A stretch of DNA of 61,312 nt, from contig CAVTZU010000016.1 of NCBI GenBank assembly GCA_963739305.1, positions 1 to 61,312 on the forward strand, written 5' to 3'. The position numbers and the translations under genes are program-made. Under the pieces are notes generated by a model that was not told the DNA's origin, did not search any database, and was given only the letters and a program-made list of their open reading frames with translations. Below are positions 20,165 to 31,338 of the stretch, one piece after another (position 1 is the stretch's first letter; each line of letters starts with the position of its first letter). Source of the DNA: Candidatus Bathyarchaeota archaeon (GTDB lineage Archaea; Thermoproteota; Bathyarchaeia; Bathyarchaeales; Bathycorpusculaceae).

Positions 20165-22836
20165 TTATGGTACGTGTAAGTTGAAGTGGCCCGCCAGGAT
20201 GATGGCGTCGAAGATGTCTATGATACCGTTATTGTCACTGTCAGCGTCAGCGTTGAAGAGCTTTTGGCCTGTGGATGTTCCAGAGGCGCCTGCCAGCTTG
20301 ATAGCGTCGAAGATGTCCACTAGGCCGTTTCCGGTGACGTGGCCTGGGAGCGTCTTGGCCGATAAGAGTGCCTGCAGCTTCTGGATGTTGTTGGTTTGGG
20401 TGAGGCTCCTGTGCGTTGCTGGTGAGTGGCTGTGTTTCGCCTGCTACTCGCGTACGGGATGCCCGTGCTGTTGCCAGCCAATAGCTGATTTGTGCCGTCA
20501 CACCACCATATCATGCTTGTAAGGAAGCATCTGATAGTGGTGCCAGGGGGCGACGAAGGTGCCGTTTGCGAACTGCTTGTTGCTGCCGGTTTGTGTATGT
20601 CAAACCGACTACCACATACATAATCGCGACAGCGCCGTTGTTGTCGTCCTGTTTACGTGCAGCGTATATGTCCTTGTGTCTGTTGATTTGCGTTAGTGTT
20701 GCCTATTCTCATTTGGCTGTGGAAGATGTATGTGATCAATGGCGTTGGGTTTGGTGGTGTAACAGTGCTTTGCATGTTCAAGTCAACGTTCTGGAGTGCA
20801 GATACTGACTTGTACAGGTCGTATGCATCGGTCCTGGGAACAGTGCGTTATAGTACCAGCCTTGTACCCAGTCTCTTGCGAACCTTCTGCCCACGGGTTG
20901 AACCAGCGGTAGGGTTATGGCGTCGTTGTAGAATCTTGCCTGCAAGTCGAGGTAGTCAAGTCCACGTTGAGTGACGTTTGTCTCGATTATTCCTGCATTG
21001 ATTTCTGCGTCGATTATCGTTTGGTCAGCTGGGAACGGAGGTCCTTGACCAATCGGGAAGTTCCCTGTGGATTGCATGTATGGCTGTGCGAAGTCGTGTG
21101 GGTCAGCAAAGTCTGCCAACCAGCCTAGAGTAGACGGCATGCCCTTGAGTTCATGGCGTCCAAGAAGACCGGCCAGTCTAGGCCCACGACGTTAACCTTG
21201 TACTTTGAGTTCGAGGATCTGGAATGCCGTCGCAATCAATCTGCATTGCGATCATTCTCTGGTCGTTGCCAATGTTGTACAAGATGGTTGTTTCGAACCC
21301 TGAGCTCCCAACGTTGAATCCGTCAACGACTGCTGCGTTCAACTCGGTTTGCATTTGAGCAGTGTTAAGGTTGCGTAGAACCGTGCTGTGTTCTTGTAGG
21401 AAGGTGGACTTAGGCCGTCTACCCACCATGATGCTTGCTGCAGTCCTTCACCGAAGTACGGCTTCCGATATGTACTCTGTATAGTTGATTGCCCACGCGA
21501 AAGCCCTTCTTACGTGCTCGTTGGCGAAGAACAATGGTTCAGCTGGCAGTGACGTGAGGTGACCCTACGTAGGATTGGTAGGAACTTGCACCCGTCACGT
21601 TCAAGCAGAAGAACATCATGTCATTGCTCAAAGCAGCAACGTTGTAGACCAAGTTGATTCCTGGAGCAGGGTGATAGGCATCGGTCACCAAGAGGTCAAA
21701 CATGTTGGCCCTCGGAACGACTGCGGTGTCGAATTCACCTTCAAGGAACAGCATCTTCCTCGTCGGCCACGAATCAATACTTTCTCGATAACGATTGTAA
21801 CGTGGTTTCCAGCCCATCCGCCCCAATAGGCGGCGAACTGGTCGATTCTCCAGATCTTGTTAGTCTGGTCCCATGACGTGAACAGGTATGGACCGGTGCC
21901 CATGATTTCGTTCACGTGTGGGCTGCCGCTAGTATACTTTGAGCCGGCAACTGCGCCGTAGATTGCGGGGTCTTTCCATGCGTCAAGTTCACTGCGCGTG
22001 GCTGTTGGTTTCCAGTGCCACAGATTAGTCCAGCCTGCGTTGAATAGCCCGTTCCATCCACCACGTTCCATTACCCATTCTGGCTCGACTATGCAGCCCC
22101 AGGTTTGCGCGAAAATCTGTTGCAGCAGCCTTGAGCCCATGGGTTCAGGAAGTGGAAACTCACGTCGTTAGCGCCGGGTCCTGCATAGACCCATCCTTGA
22201 ATCCTGGTGCCGCAGCGGCTTCGTCTGCTGTGTTTTGGAATGTGCCGTTATCGTAGGTAATGTACGGTCCGCCGGTAAGGATGTAGCTCCAACCTGCCAT
22301 CGGGCTCCTGTGAAAGCGGAGCCGAACCACATCCATGTGGTGCGTAGTATGAGTCGTAGACCATTTGTCTCTGGAACGAGTAGATAACGTCGGACGCTTT
22401 GAGGTTGCGTGAGGGAATGATGCTGCCGTCGGCCGCCGTCCACGGTTGGAATGTGGCTGTCGTGCGGATGTTGAATGTATAGTATGCACCGGATCCGTTG
22501 TACACTACCGTCGGCAATGCCGTGGCCAATACTGGCGTGTAGCTGTCGAGGTCAGCGTACTCTGAAACCGTCAGGTTATGTCCAACACCAGGGGTGAAAC
22601 TGACTACGTTCTTGTCATTCCACCATATCAGCGTCTGTGCGACGTTCTGTATCAACTCGCCACTCGCTGTGTCGTAGGCACGAGCTGGGTCCATCCTTGA
22701 GGGTTGACCTATCGTACCAACGTAGTAAGTGCTTGTGTCGATTGGCGGTTGTGTTGACAATACTGGAATTCACTGCAAATATGCTAGTCATTAGTAGAGC
22801 TGTTGCGATTATGGTTATCAGTTTTAGATTCTTCAT
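20165..22836 (-). CDS. oppA: Family-5 (OppA/DppA-type) ABC substrate-binding protein with C-terminal dockerin, heavily frameshifted
   Basis: Signal peptide; GTIGQPSRMDPARAYDTASGELIQNV; DVIYSFQR; GTGPY; FLEGEFD; LGWLADFADPHDF. C-terminus LPGHVTGNGLVDIFDAIKLAGASG...ADSDNNGIIDIFDAIILAGHFNLHVP* (TAA 20165-20167). Lies downstream of oppBCDF. Confidence 0.8.
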
Positions 22837-22896
22837 GTTAATCCCTTCTTATCTCCTATTCTCCTTTTTATCAGCAAGATTACATAACTGAAGCCC

Positions 22897-22924
22897 ATAT
22901 TAGCGTTTACGGAAAATTGTTCTA
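22897..22924 (-). promoter_or_regulatory. Conserved upstream box + weak TATA
   Basis: Minus strand TAGAACAATTTTCC-GTAAACG-CTAATAT, upstream of ATG 22836. Confidence 0.5.
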
Positions 22925-22997
22925 TACTCAGGTACCGTGCAAACGGTTCCTGAATCGTTCGGTGAACATGAAGAATCCTAATGGAAGGGTTGTCGTG

Positions 22998-23249
22998 TCA
23001 GATCAACCATCCAAACACCACGGACACACCTAGCATTGCGGCTCCCACAATCATCAGGATCATGAAGCGTGAAGAAAGATTGGAACGGAAAAATGCCAAT
23101 GCTGAGCCGACACAGAAAATGACAGCGCCCTCGAGAAACGCGAAATCAGAAGCGATCCACGTGATCGTTTTTCCCGAGAAATATCCTATCGAAAGGAATA
23201 ATCCGAAAAAAGCCCCCAGTGAGACATCTGCAATCGACAGAATTGCCAT
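22998..23249 (-). CDS. Small membrane protein
   Basis: 83 aa with about three hydrophobic segments; same strand as the ABC operon. Confidence 0.55.
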   Translation of the reverse strand: MAILSIADVSLGAFFGLFLSIGYFSGKTITWIASDFAFLEGAVIFCVGSALAFFRSNLSSRFMILMIVGAAMLGVSVVFGWLI

Positions 23250-23321
23250 TGCTAAAAATATTCGTTAAAAAAAGCGTGCCAAGACAAATCCAAATGGATT
23301 ATTCCATTCACCTAAACTTGA

Positions 23322-24370
23322 CTATTTGTTAAACAAGTGGCACGCAACAAAATGTTCGTTTCCAACGTCGATCAGCTTTGGCTCTTGTGTCTGACACACT
23401 TGCATCGCATTTTCGCATCGTGGGTGAAATCTGCAGCCGCTAGGAGGGTTGACTGGACTTGGAACTTCGCCGCTGAGTATGACGCGCTCTCTTTTTACTG
23501 TTGGATCGGGGACTGGAATTGCCGAGAAAAGCGCGACGAATAAGGATGAAGAGGTCTCTTATAGAGCTCCGTGGTGCGCGCCAGCTCAACTAGTTTTCCA
23601 AGATACATTACTCCGACTCTATCGGCTATACATTCAACGACGCTCAAATCGTGACTGATGTAAAGGTATGTCAGATCAAAATCTTTGCGCAAACTCTGAA
23701 ACAGGTTAAGCAGCTGAGCGCGAACAGAGACGTCTACTGAGGAAGTGGGTTCGTCCAGAAATACCAGCTTAGGAGTGGTGATTAGAGCTCGAGCGATAGC
23801 TATTCTCTGTCTCTGACCACCGCTGAACTCGTGAGGATAGCGATAGAGGTGTCTGTCACCCAAACCTACCCTCTCAAGCATCTCACTGACTCTTTTCAAA
23901 CCAACGCTGCCTTTAGCGATGTTTTGAACAGCCAGAGGTTCTAGAAGAATGTCTTTGACGAGCATTCTAGGGTTGAGGGAGCGCGTGGGATCTTGGTAAA
24001 CCATCTGCATCATTCTCCTCATCTCCCTCAACTTGCGTCCCTTGTAAGACGCGAGGTCCCATTGCCCTCTTAGCTTCCGAAGTTCCAACCCAGCTTTCTT
24101 TTCCTTCTGAAGAGTTCGTATTCTCTCCTTGACTTCATCTGGAACATCAAAAAATATGTTTCCAGACGTGGGGTTTATGAGCCTCAGAGTTGTCTTGGCA
24201 AGCGTGGTCTTGCCGCATCCAGATTCACCGACCAATCCAAAGGTTTCGCCCTTCTTCACGACGAGCGAGATGCCGTCGACGGCTTTGACGGCTCCGACCT
24301 TCCTTCGAAGCAAACCTCCTGTCAGCGAGTAATACTTCTTCAAATCTTCCAGTTCAAGCATGGTGCTCAT
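23322..24370 (-). CDS. oppF: Oligopeptide/oligosaccharide ABC transporter ATPase, frameshift near 23550
   Basis: [32 protein letters not shown] and PLHPY. The C-terminal [11 protein letters not shown]...ACHLFNK* is in another frame, ending TAG 23322-23324. Confidence 0.9.
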
Positions 24371-25564
24371 TTGGATTCACCCGTGAACAAATGACAGAGT
24401 ACGTAGTGATCTTTTCCTGCTGTCACGAACTCCGGCTTCTTGCTCACGCACTGGTCCATCGCATAGGGGCATCTGTCGTTGAATCTACAACCCGCCGGAG
24501 GATTGATTAGGCTAGGCACGAAACCCTCAATTGATTTGAATTCGCGTCCAGGTCTGGGAATGCACTCCAACAGCGCCTTCGTGTATGGATGCAAAGGATT
24601 CTTGAATATCTCCTTGACCTCGCCCAGCTCCACAACGCTTCCTGCGTACATAACAGCGACGCGGTCACACATTTCAGCGACAACGCCCATGTCGTGCGTG
24701 ATGTACTGAATTGTCATGCCATATTTTGCCTTGAGATCCTTAATGAGAGTCAGAATTTGCAGTTGGACCGTGACGTCCAGATTCGTGGTTGGTTCGTCAG
24801 CTATCAAGAGTTTCGGGTTACAGGATAGGCCCATGGCTATTACGGCTCTCTGAGCCATGCCTCCACTCAACTCGTGTGGATACATTTCTGCAACTCTGTC
24901 AGGGTCAGGTATTCGCATGTCTTTCAGCATTCTTACGACTTCTCTGCGAACTTCCTCGTCAAACTTCTGTTTGAAACGCTTCAGGACAGGAATTCTTGAA
25001 GCAATTCGCACGACGAGATTGTCTGAATCTTCTTGAAATCTCCTGAGCAACCGTTCCTCTCGTCTGGTGAGGACGGTCTTCATCAGTCTGTTCTCTCTTT
25101 TTCACTTAGGTTGCCATTCTTCAAAGTTTCGGTTGCTCTCTTGCTTTCTTCTAACAGGTTGGAGCAAAGTTCCTCCTTCCTGTGGTGTAAAATGGCTTCG
25201 GAAATCTGTCGTCTAACCGTATACACAGGATTCAATGCAGATTTGGGATCCTGGAAGATCATTGAAATGTCGTTTCCTCTCACGCTTCTCAAGTAAGCAT
25301 CTCGTTGACGCAGCAGGTTTACCCACTGCTTATCCTTGAAGAGGAGCACCTTTCCTCCTTCTATTTTTCCCGGTGGGGAATAAGATTCAGCTCCGAGAAA
25401 CCTGTCACAGACTTGCCGCACCCGGTTTCACCTACGACGCCGATGGTTTCACCGTCTTTCACTTGCATGTTGACGCTGTCGAGTGCCTTGACCACGCCCT
25501 CGTAAGTGTAGAACCTCAGGTCGAGGTCCTTGATTCGAAGCAGTTGTTCTTGTTCTTCAGTCAT
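24367..25564 (-). CDS. oppD: Oligopeptide/oligosaccharide ABC transporter ATPase, two frameshifts
   Basis: GETGCGKSVT (25361-25564); MIFQDPKSALNPV (25083-25421); YPHELSGGMAQR, ADEPTT and GCRFNDRC (24367-25083). Confidence 0.9.
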
Positions 25565-25565
25565 C

Positions 25566-26917
25566 TCACTTTCTCCTCAAAGTTGGGTCCAATACGTCCC
25601 TCAGAGCATCTCCAAGCAGGTTCCATCCGAGCACGAAAATCGATATGAACAGGCCGGGGATAACGAATGTAAACCAGTATTCGAAAGGTGAGTTGGCTTT
25701 GCATAGATCCAGTTCAGCGAAAGGTAAATGATCTGTCCCCAGTCAGCGTATCCTGGACTCGCTCCGAGTCCCAGGAAACTTAGGGCGGCTGCCGCCAGAA
25801 CTATTGTTCCCAAGTCAAGTGTGAAGACTATCAGAACCGGGTAGATTGAATTTGGAAGAATGTGGCTGCGAATGACTCTGAAGTCCGAGCAACCTACAGA
25901 TTTTGCCGCTTCCACGTAATCCTCGTTCTTGATTCTTAATATTTCTCCTCGTATAAGCCTCGCATATCCTGGCCAGCCTACGATCACCAATGAAAGCATT
26001 ACAGCGTCCAAGCGTTGAACAAAAACTGCAGGCACAAGGACCACTATCAAAGCCATTGAAAGGATCAAGCCTGGAAAAGCAAGAACGATATCTGTGAGAC
26101 GCATCAAGACTTCATCCATCCATCCACCGTAGTATGCAGCTAGAATTCCTACTGCGAGCCCGATAACCAATGATCCACCTGCGACGAGCAGTCCTATACG
26201 CAGAGCTGATCTCGAGCCCCAGATAACGCCATAGTACATGTCATATTGTCCTTGCGTTGTGCCGAAGGGATGTTTCGCGTTCGGCGCGATTGGAATCAGG
26301 GAAACTCCGTCCTTTGGAATCATCATAGAGTCTCCTCCTTGACTTACGTCACCAGCCGGAGCGAGAATCGGGGCGAACAATGCCATAAAAACATAGAATA
26401 GGACAATTGCCGCGCCAATCAGTGACAGTGAACTTTTTCTTACGAGCCGTAGCGTGAACTTCCATTCTTTAGTCCTCGGCTGCATTTCAACGCCCACTTT
26501 TCCAAGAATCGCATGGATGTTGTCGCCCCCGAAGAATGTCATTGCCGAATGCGTTGTCACGTAGGACAATGTCGCAACGTCCAAACTCAAGAAGGCTATG
26601 AAGAAAACCCACTGGACACCGCCATAAGCCACGGGCAACAGAATTCTAGTAATCGCATCAGTAATAGAGAGCGCGACGATGACCAACCATCCGAGCGCTT
26701 CGCCTGACCTTAAATAATAGCCAACTATTAGCTCAAGCAATCCTGTTCCGATAAAAAGAACCGCAAAGAAAAATGAGTCGAAGTTAGGGATGACTGTCGG
26801 CAACGGATTTCCGATTATTAACAGTAGAAGTCCAAAGGTCAACTGGACAATGCCTATTATGATGTTAAGTGTTGCCAGCAGGGTTATTCCTAGTGGTCTT
26901 TCTCCAACCATTTTCAT
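25566..26917 (-). CDS. oppC: ABC transporter permease with extra N-terminal membrane domain, frameshift near the 3' end
   Basis: HPFGT, DEVLMRLTD, YVEAAKSVG (EAA loop) and LSFLGLG. The end GDALRDVLDPTLRRK* (TGA 25566-25568) is in another frame. Confidence 0.9.
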
Positions 26918-27951
26918 CCCAACCTAATTCTCGGGTCTATGTAAGCATAGAGAACGTCGACGATCAGGTTTGAGAGGACGAACAGAACAGCGCTCATGAG
27001 TGCGTACCCGATTACTGGCGGAATATCCAGAGCTCTCGCAGAATCTGCCGCGTACTGCCCTATACCACCCATGCTGAACACCGTTTCTGTAATAACGACT
27101 CCTGTCAGCAAGCCTGCAATCATCAACCCTGAAATCGTTATTGCTGGAATCAAAGCGTTCCTTCTTGCATGTATATTAACGACTTCTTTCCTGCTCAGAC
27201 CCTTTGCCTTCGCTGCGCTTATGTAGTCTTTGCCGAGCGCTTCAAGCATGCTTGAACGTGTGACTCTGACCATTACGGCAGAGTTCAGCAAGGAAAGAAC
27301 CGTTATTGGAAGAACAAGATGGCGCAGTGCATCGACGAAAATCCACAATTGTCCGTTCAGCAGAGAGTCAATGGTCATGAGACCAGTGTGCCACTGCCAG
27401 GTCGTGTGCGGGTCGCTGATAAAAGTCAGAACCTCCTGTCCGTATCTTTGGGGCGGGAACCAGCCTAAGCCGGCATAGAATATCGATAGCAGCACTATAC
27501 CAAACCAGAAAGACGGCAGAGAGGTGCCCAGTATCGCCAGGACTCTTGAAGCCTGATCAACGGGCTTATCTTTGTTTGATCCTGACATCACACCCAACGT
27601 TATTCCGAGGAAAATGATGATGGGTGAAGCAAACATGACAATCTCAAACGTTGCAGGCAACCTGTGCATAATCGCGTCGAACACCGGTATACCTTGGACG
27701 TCCAAACCTAGATTGTGATCAACCAGCAACGCTCTTATCCAATAATAGAACTGTACGTAAATGGGATCGTAAAGGCCATTGGCCTGTGCTATTTGCTTCC
27801 AGAATACGTGCTGCTTTGGGTCGGTTATATATAAGGACACTCGCATTCCCACGGGTAGAAACTGCACAACAGCAAAGATGACTATGACCGCACCGATCAA
27901 CACGGGTATTGCAAGCAGGAGCCTTCTCAACACATAGGTTCTCAAGCCCAT
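26914..27951 (-). CDS. oppB: ABC transporter permease
   Basis: YVLRRLL, RLPATFE, PSFW, TRSSMLE...DYISAAKAKGL, HARRNALIP, ETVF and YAYIDPRIRLG. Confidence 0.93.
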   Translation of the reverse strand: MGLRTYVLRRLLLAIPVLIGAVIVIFAVVQFLPVGMRVSLYITDPKQHVFWKQIAQANGLYDPIYVQFYYWIRALLVDHNLGLDVQGIPVFDAIMHRLPATFEIVMFASPIIIFLGITLGVMSGSNKDKPVDQASRVLAILGTSLPSFWFGIVLLSIFYAGLGWFPPQRYGQEVLTFISDPHTTWQWHTGLMTIDSLLNGQLWIFVDALRHLVLPITVLSLLNSAVMVRVTRSSMLEALGKDYISAAKAKGLSRKEVVNIHARRNALIPAITISGLMIAGLLTGVVITETVFSMGGIGQYAADSARALDIPPVIGYALMSAVLFVLSNLIVDVLYAYIDPRIRLG

Positions 27952-28085
27952 AACGGTCGAGTAGCCTTAGCCGAAGACGAACATATAACTCTGTCGATAT
28001 CACGAACAGCATCTGGCTTTCCGTGAGTAAAGATGTCAGAAATTCTTAGAGCAGCGTTTTATTGATAATAAAGACCGATTTCTAC

Positions 28086-28729
28086 TCACTTGCGAGTAGC
28101 CTTATGCTTCGGACCACGATTCCTGAAAAGGCTCGCAACACTAGTGGCGCCTCCCACCGTGCCCAATACACCTCCGCCCAACGCGAGTATAGAATATGCT
28201 TCTCTGTTCGGAGCCACTTCCTCATAGTATATAATACGGTCCGGAGGCTCAGTACTCCACAATCCAGCCTGAAGAACGCTCACGTTGTATAATCCAGTCT
28301 GCCTGGCGATGAAACGAATCTCTGTAGACGGGATTTCCACCCTCATAGCTGCATCATCGACGTTCAGGTACCTGACATCAACAACAGCTGGTGGAGTGCC
28401 CAGCTTGTAAAGCGGGTTGGTCGTTTCCAACCCGAGGTAATAAGCTTGCAGAGCCGTGACGTCCCCCGTCGGTGCAGTTATCGTGACATTTACGGGCATT
28501 GCCGTGGGTGAAAGTACCGTCCCCAAACAGTTTGCCCCAATCATCGCTTGACACGATATCAATCCTGTAGGTTCTCCCGGCCGTAAGGTTTTCTGCGCTA
28601 GTACCATACCGTGTCCTGTAGACCAACTTCGACCGACTTCACGTTTCCAAGATTGACTTCCCCAATCGCGAGAAAAACAACGCCAATCAACAACAGTATC
28701 AAGCCAATATACGTAAGCTTGCCTGGCAC
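28086..28729 (-). CDS. Hypothetical membrane protein, frameshifted
   Basis: GTG 28729 gives MPGKLTYIGLILLLIGVVFLAIG (TM); continues via ORFs 28378-28626 and 28086-28607 to a C-terminal TM and basic tail. Confidence 0.55.
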
Positions 28730-29032
28730 CTAAAGCTCTCCTTGATGATCAATATGTTTCACGTCTAGAATAACATGGACGGATAATTTAACCTTGCTGC
28801 CATGATAAAAAGGCCGAGACAATTGGGACTGCAGCAGTTTTCAGATAATTGGGAACACAAAGGAGGAACGAGTGTTCGATCGCCCTCCACAAACCGTACG
28901 ATAGAGCCTACACTCTGATTTGTCATATATTATCGACAGTTCACTGACCGTCGCGTTTAAAAGCAGAAAAATGCAGGTGATAATACGCGAAGCCGAGTCC
29001 GATTTGATGTTGGAGCACTTAAGGCGAAACTA

Positions 29033-29491
29033 ATGGCAATAGATCTATTGAAGGAATATTTGGTAGAATATTCGAGCGGAATCCTGTTTTTCTCCGGTGT
29101 TCTGCTGCTGATTTGTGGAGTGCTGTTTCTGGAGACTTTCGGTTCAATTCTATCTGCAGGTTCATTATTTTTCGGAATTATCTTTGTTGCCTGGGGACTG
29201 TTTTTGCGCCTCGGTTTTTTCTATCTGAAGATACGCTCTCTGGACGGCCTTGGAACAATTCTAGTCTCCGTCTCCGTGGTCTTTCTAGCCCTCTCAATAA
29301 CAGTCATGACGTTCATGACGGTGAAGAATACAGTCCCAGTCGGAATATATCTTCGCGGCATTCTGCTAGGCTACACCACGATAATGAACACTTACAGACC
29401 TTATGCTTGGCTTGCTTCGATATCACTCTGGGCTTCCGTCATTTCTTTTTTGGCCGGAGTAATCGTCAAGATCTTTTCTGGTCGAAGGTGA
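29033..29491 (+). CDS. Hypothetical membrane protein
   Basis: 152 aa with about four hydrophobic helices; TTTAAAA TATA-like element at about 28956-28962. Confidence 0.65.
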   Translation: MAIDLLKEYLVEYSSGILFFSGVLLLICGVLFLETFGSILSAGSLFFGIIFVAWGLFLRLGFFYLKIRSLDGLGTILVSVSVVFLALSITVMTFMTVKNTVPVGIYLRGILLGYTTIMNTYRPYAWLASISLWASVISFLAGVIVKIFSGRR

Positions 29492-29596
29492 CAACGAGAT
29501 TATTCCAACAGGCAATCGGCAAGCGTCTCGACCACGCAAATACCCGTCCTCGGATCAAGTTTCCAGCAAATGAAGCAAAGCCACGATGTATGATAC

Positions 29597-30676
29597 ATGG
29601 GCCTAAAAAAGCTGATCGCTAGAAGAATACTGCTATCGGTGCCCGTTGCGATAGGTGTCGTCACCGTCATCTTCTTGGTAATGTCAGCTATGACGCCAAC
29701 CATGAAAGTAGCGTATTACCTTGGTGAACGTCCAGCGGCTCTCAGACCAGACAACGTGAAAAAGGCGATTCACGATTTTGGATTGGATCAACCGCTTCCA
29801 CTTCAATACCTAAGTTGGGTCAAGAGAATAGTCTATTTTGATTTCGGTCGTTCATACGCGTCACAGGGAGAAGAAGGCCCCCTAGTTCTTGACCTCATTT
29901 TGGGTAGCTTGCCCCAGACTTTCGAACTTATTCTGTACTCGATGCCCCTCGTGCTGATGATCAGCATCTGGCTTGGAACCAAAGCAGCATTCAATCAAAA
30001 CAGAACCCTGGATCACGCTGCCCGAGTGTTTGCCACTCTGGGCACCTCATTTCCAGTTTTCGTTGTCTCGATGTTTCTCATAATGTTATGGCTGGTCGTT
30101 CAAAATCAATTCCATTTCAATTTCCTGCCCATGGGAGCCCTTGACTATAACATGCAGATCGATCTTAATTCAAGAATAGCACACGGTTCTTTCACGGTTT
30201 ACACGAACATGATTACAATTGACACGCTCCTGAACGGAGACACGATGCTTTTTCTTGACTCAGTAGCGCACATTATGTTGCCGGTGGCGGTTCTAGTGTT
30301 CAGTCAATGTGCACTTTTGATCAGAGTGACGCGATCGGGACTGATAGAGGAACTTGGAAAACCTTACGCTGTGTCCGCTACAGCGAAGGGGCTTTCAGAG
30401 AAAGAGGTGCTTTACAAGCATGCCAGAAAGAACGCCTCGATCTCGGTCTTGACGATTTCAGGCTTGCTCATGAGCAGCATGTTCGTTAACATCGTGATAG
30501 TTGAAAGAGTTTTTGAGAGACCTGGATTTGCATCTCTCCTTATTGATTCTGCCCTGTCGATGAATACGCCTGTGCTGTTTACTGGTGCTATTTTCATAGC
30601 ATTAACGTTTGTCGTTCTGAACCTTGCAGTGGACATTCTGTATGAACGCCTTGATCCAAGGATAAGATTGGCATGA
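29597..30676 (+). CDS. oppB: Second OppB/DppB-type permease paralog
   Basis: GLDQPLPLQY, FDFGRS, LPQTFEL, VTRSGLIEEL, AKGL, KHARKNA, VERVF and LDPRIRL. Confidence 0.85.
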   Translation: MGLKKLIARRILLSVPVAIGVVTVIFLVMSAMTPTMKVAYYLGERPAALRPDNVKKAIHDFGLDQPLPLQYLSWVKRIVYFDFGRSYASQGEEGPLVLDLILGSLPQTFELILYSMPLVLMISIWLGTKAAFNQNRTLDHAARVFATLGTSFPVFVVSMFLIMLWLVVQNQFHFNFLPMGALDYNMQIDLNSRIAHGSFTVYTNMITIDTLLNGDTMLFLDSVAHIMLPVAVLVFSQCALLIRVTRSGLIEELGKPYAVSATAKGLSEKEVLYKHARKNASISVLTISGLLMSSMFVNIVIVERVFERPGFASLLIDSALSMNTPVLFTGAIFIALTFVVLNLAVDILYERLDPRIRLA

Positions 30677-30753
30677 AAGACTGAGAGGTTTAGCTCAAAC
30701 CAACGGGCTTAAATAAACGCTGACTCTTGACATTCAGCTGACGGTCAGAGTTA

Positions 30754-31338
30754 TTGATTACGAGACAACGGAGCTGTTGTGATCGTTTGAAAAAAAGAGG
30801 TCTTATTTTCCTGACTCTATTCGCGCTGCTCAGCGTCCTTATCGTTTTCAGCATGACGCGTCCAGTTTTGTCTCAGCCTGAGGGAAAAGCCAAGATCACG
30901 AGCTTGCAGTACACTCCCCTGATGCTCTCCGGCACATCTGACACATGGACCTTCACGATAAGCAACGCAGAGTGTACCGGAGACAATCAAACGGCAGCTC
31001 GGTTCTTCTTTGAGGTTGAACTGGAGGGCCAGATCTACTTTGATGAGTACAACTCTTCAACCTACAAGACCTGGCCATGCAACAAAGGACAGACGGTTTC
31101 TCACCATTATCAAACCGATGTCTGGAGTGTGTCAAGACCTGAAAGAAGAGATTTGACGGTTAGATTGTACTGGTTCACGAACGGCGTTGCCCGCCTTGAA
31201 GATACAGCTTCATTCTCAATCGGGATCAGCATGCTCGTTCCATTTCAACACATTTACGTTATTGGATACCTAGCCCTTTACTTGATAGCCTGTTTTCTAC
31301 TGTTCTCATACGACTACGTGGTTGGAACTGAGGATTGA
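30754..31338 (+). CDS. Hypothetical exported protein with C-terminal TM
   Basis: Signal-like hydrophobic stretch, beta-rich middle, C-terminal TM. Confidence 0.65.
   Translation: MITRQRSCCDRLKKRGLIFLTLFALLSVLIVFSMTRPVLSQPEGKAKITSLQYTPLMLSGTSDTWTFTISNAECTGDNQTAARFFFEVELEGQIYFDEYNSSTYKTWPCNKGQTVSHHYQTDVWSVSRPERRDLTVRLYWFTNGVARLEDTASFSIGISMLVPFQHIYVIGYLALYLIACFLLFSYDYVVGTED

Noticed and set aside
9200-28700. Frameshifts as programmed frameshifting or phase variation
   Set aside because: They are too numerous, are not at long slippery tracts, and also hit conserved ABC ATPases. Sequencing error is more parsimonious.
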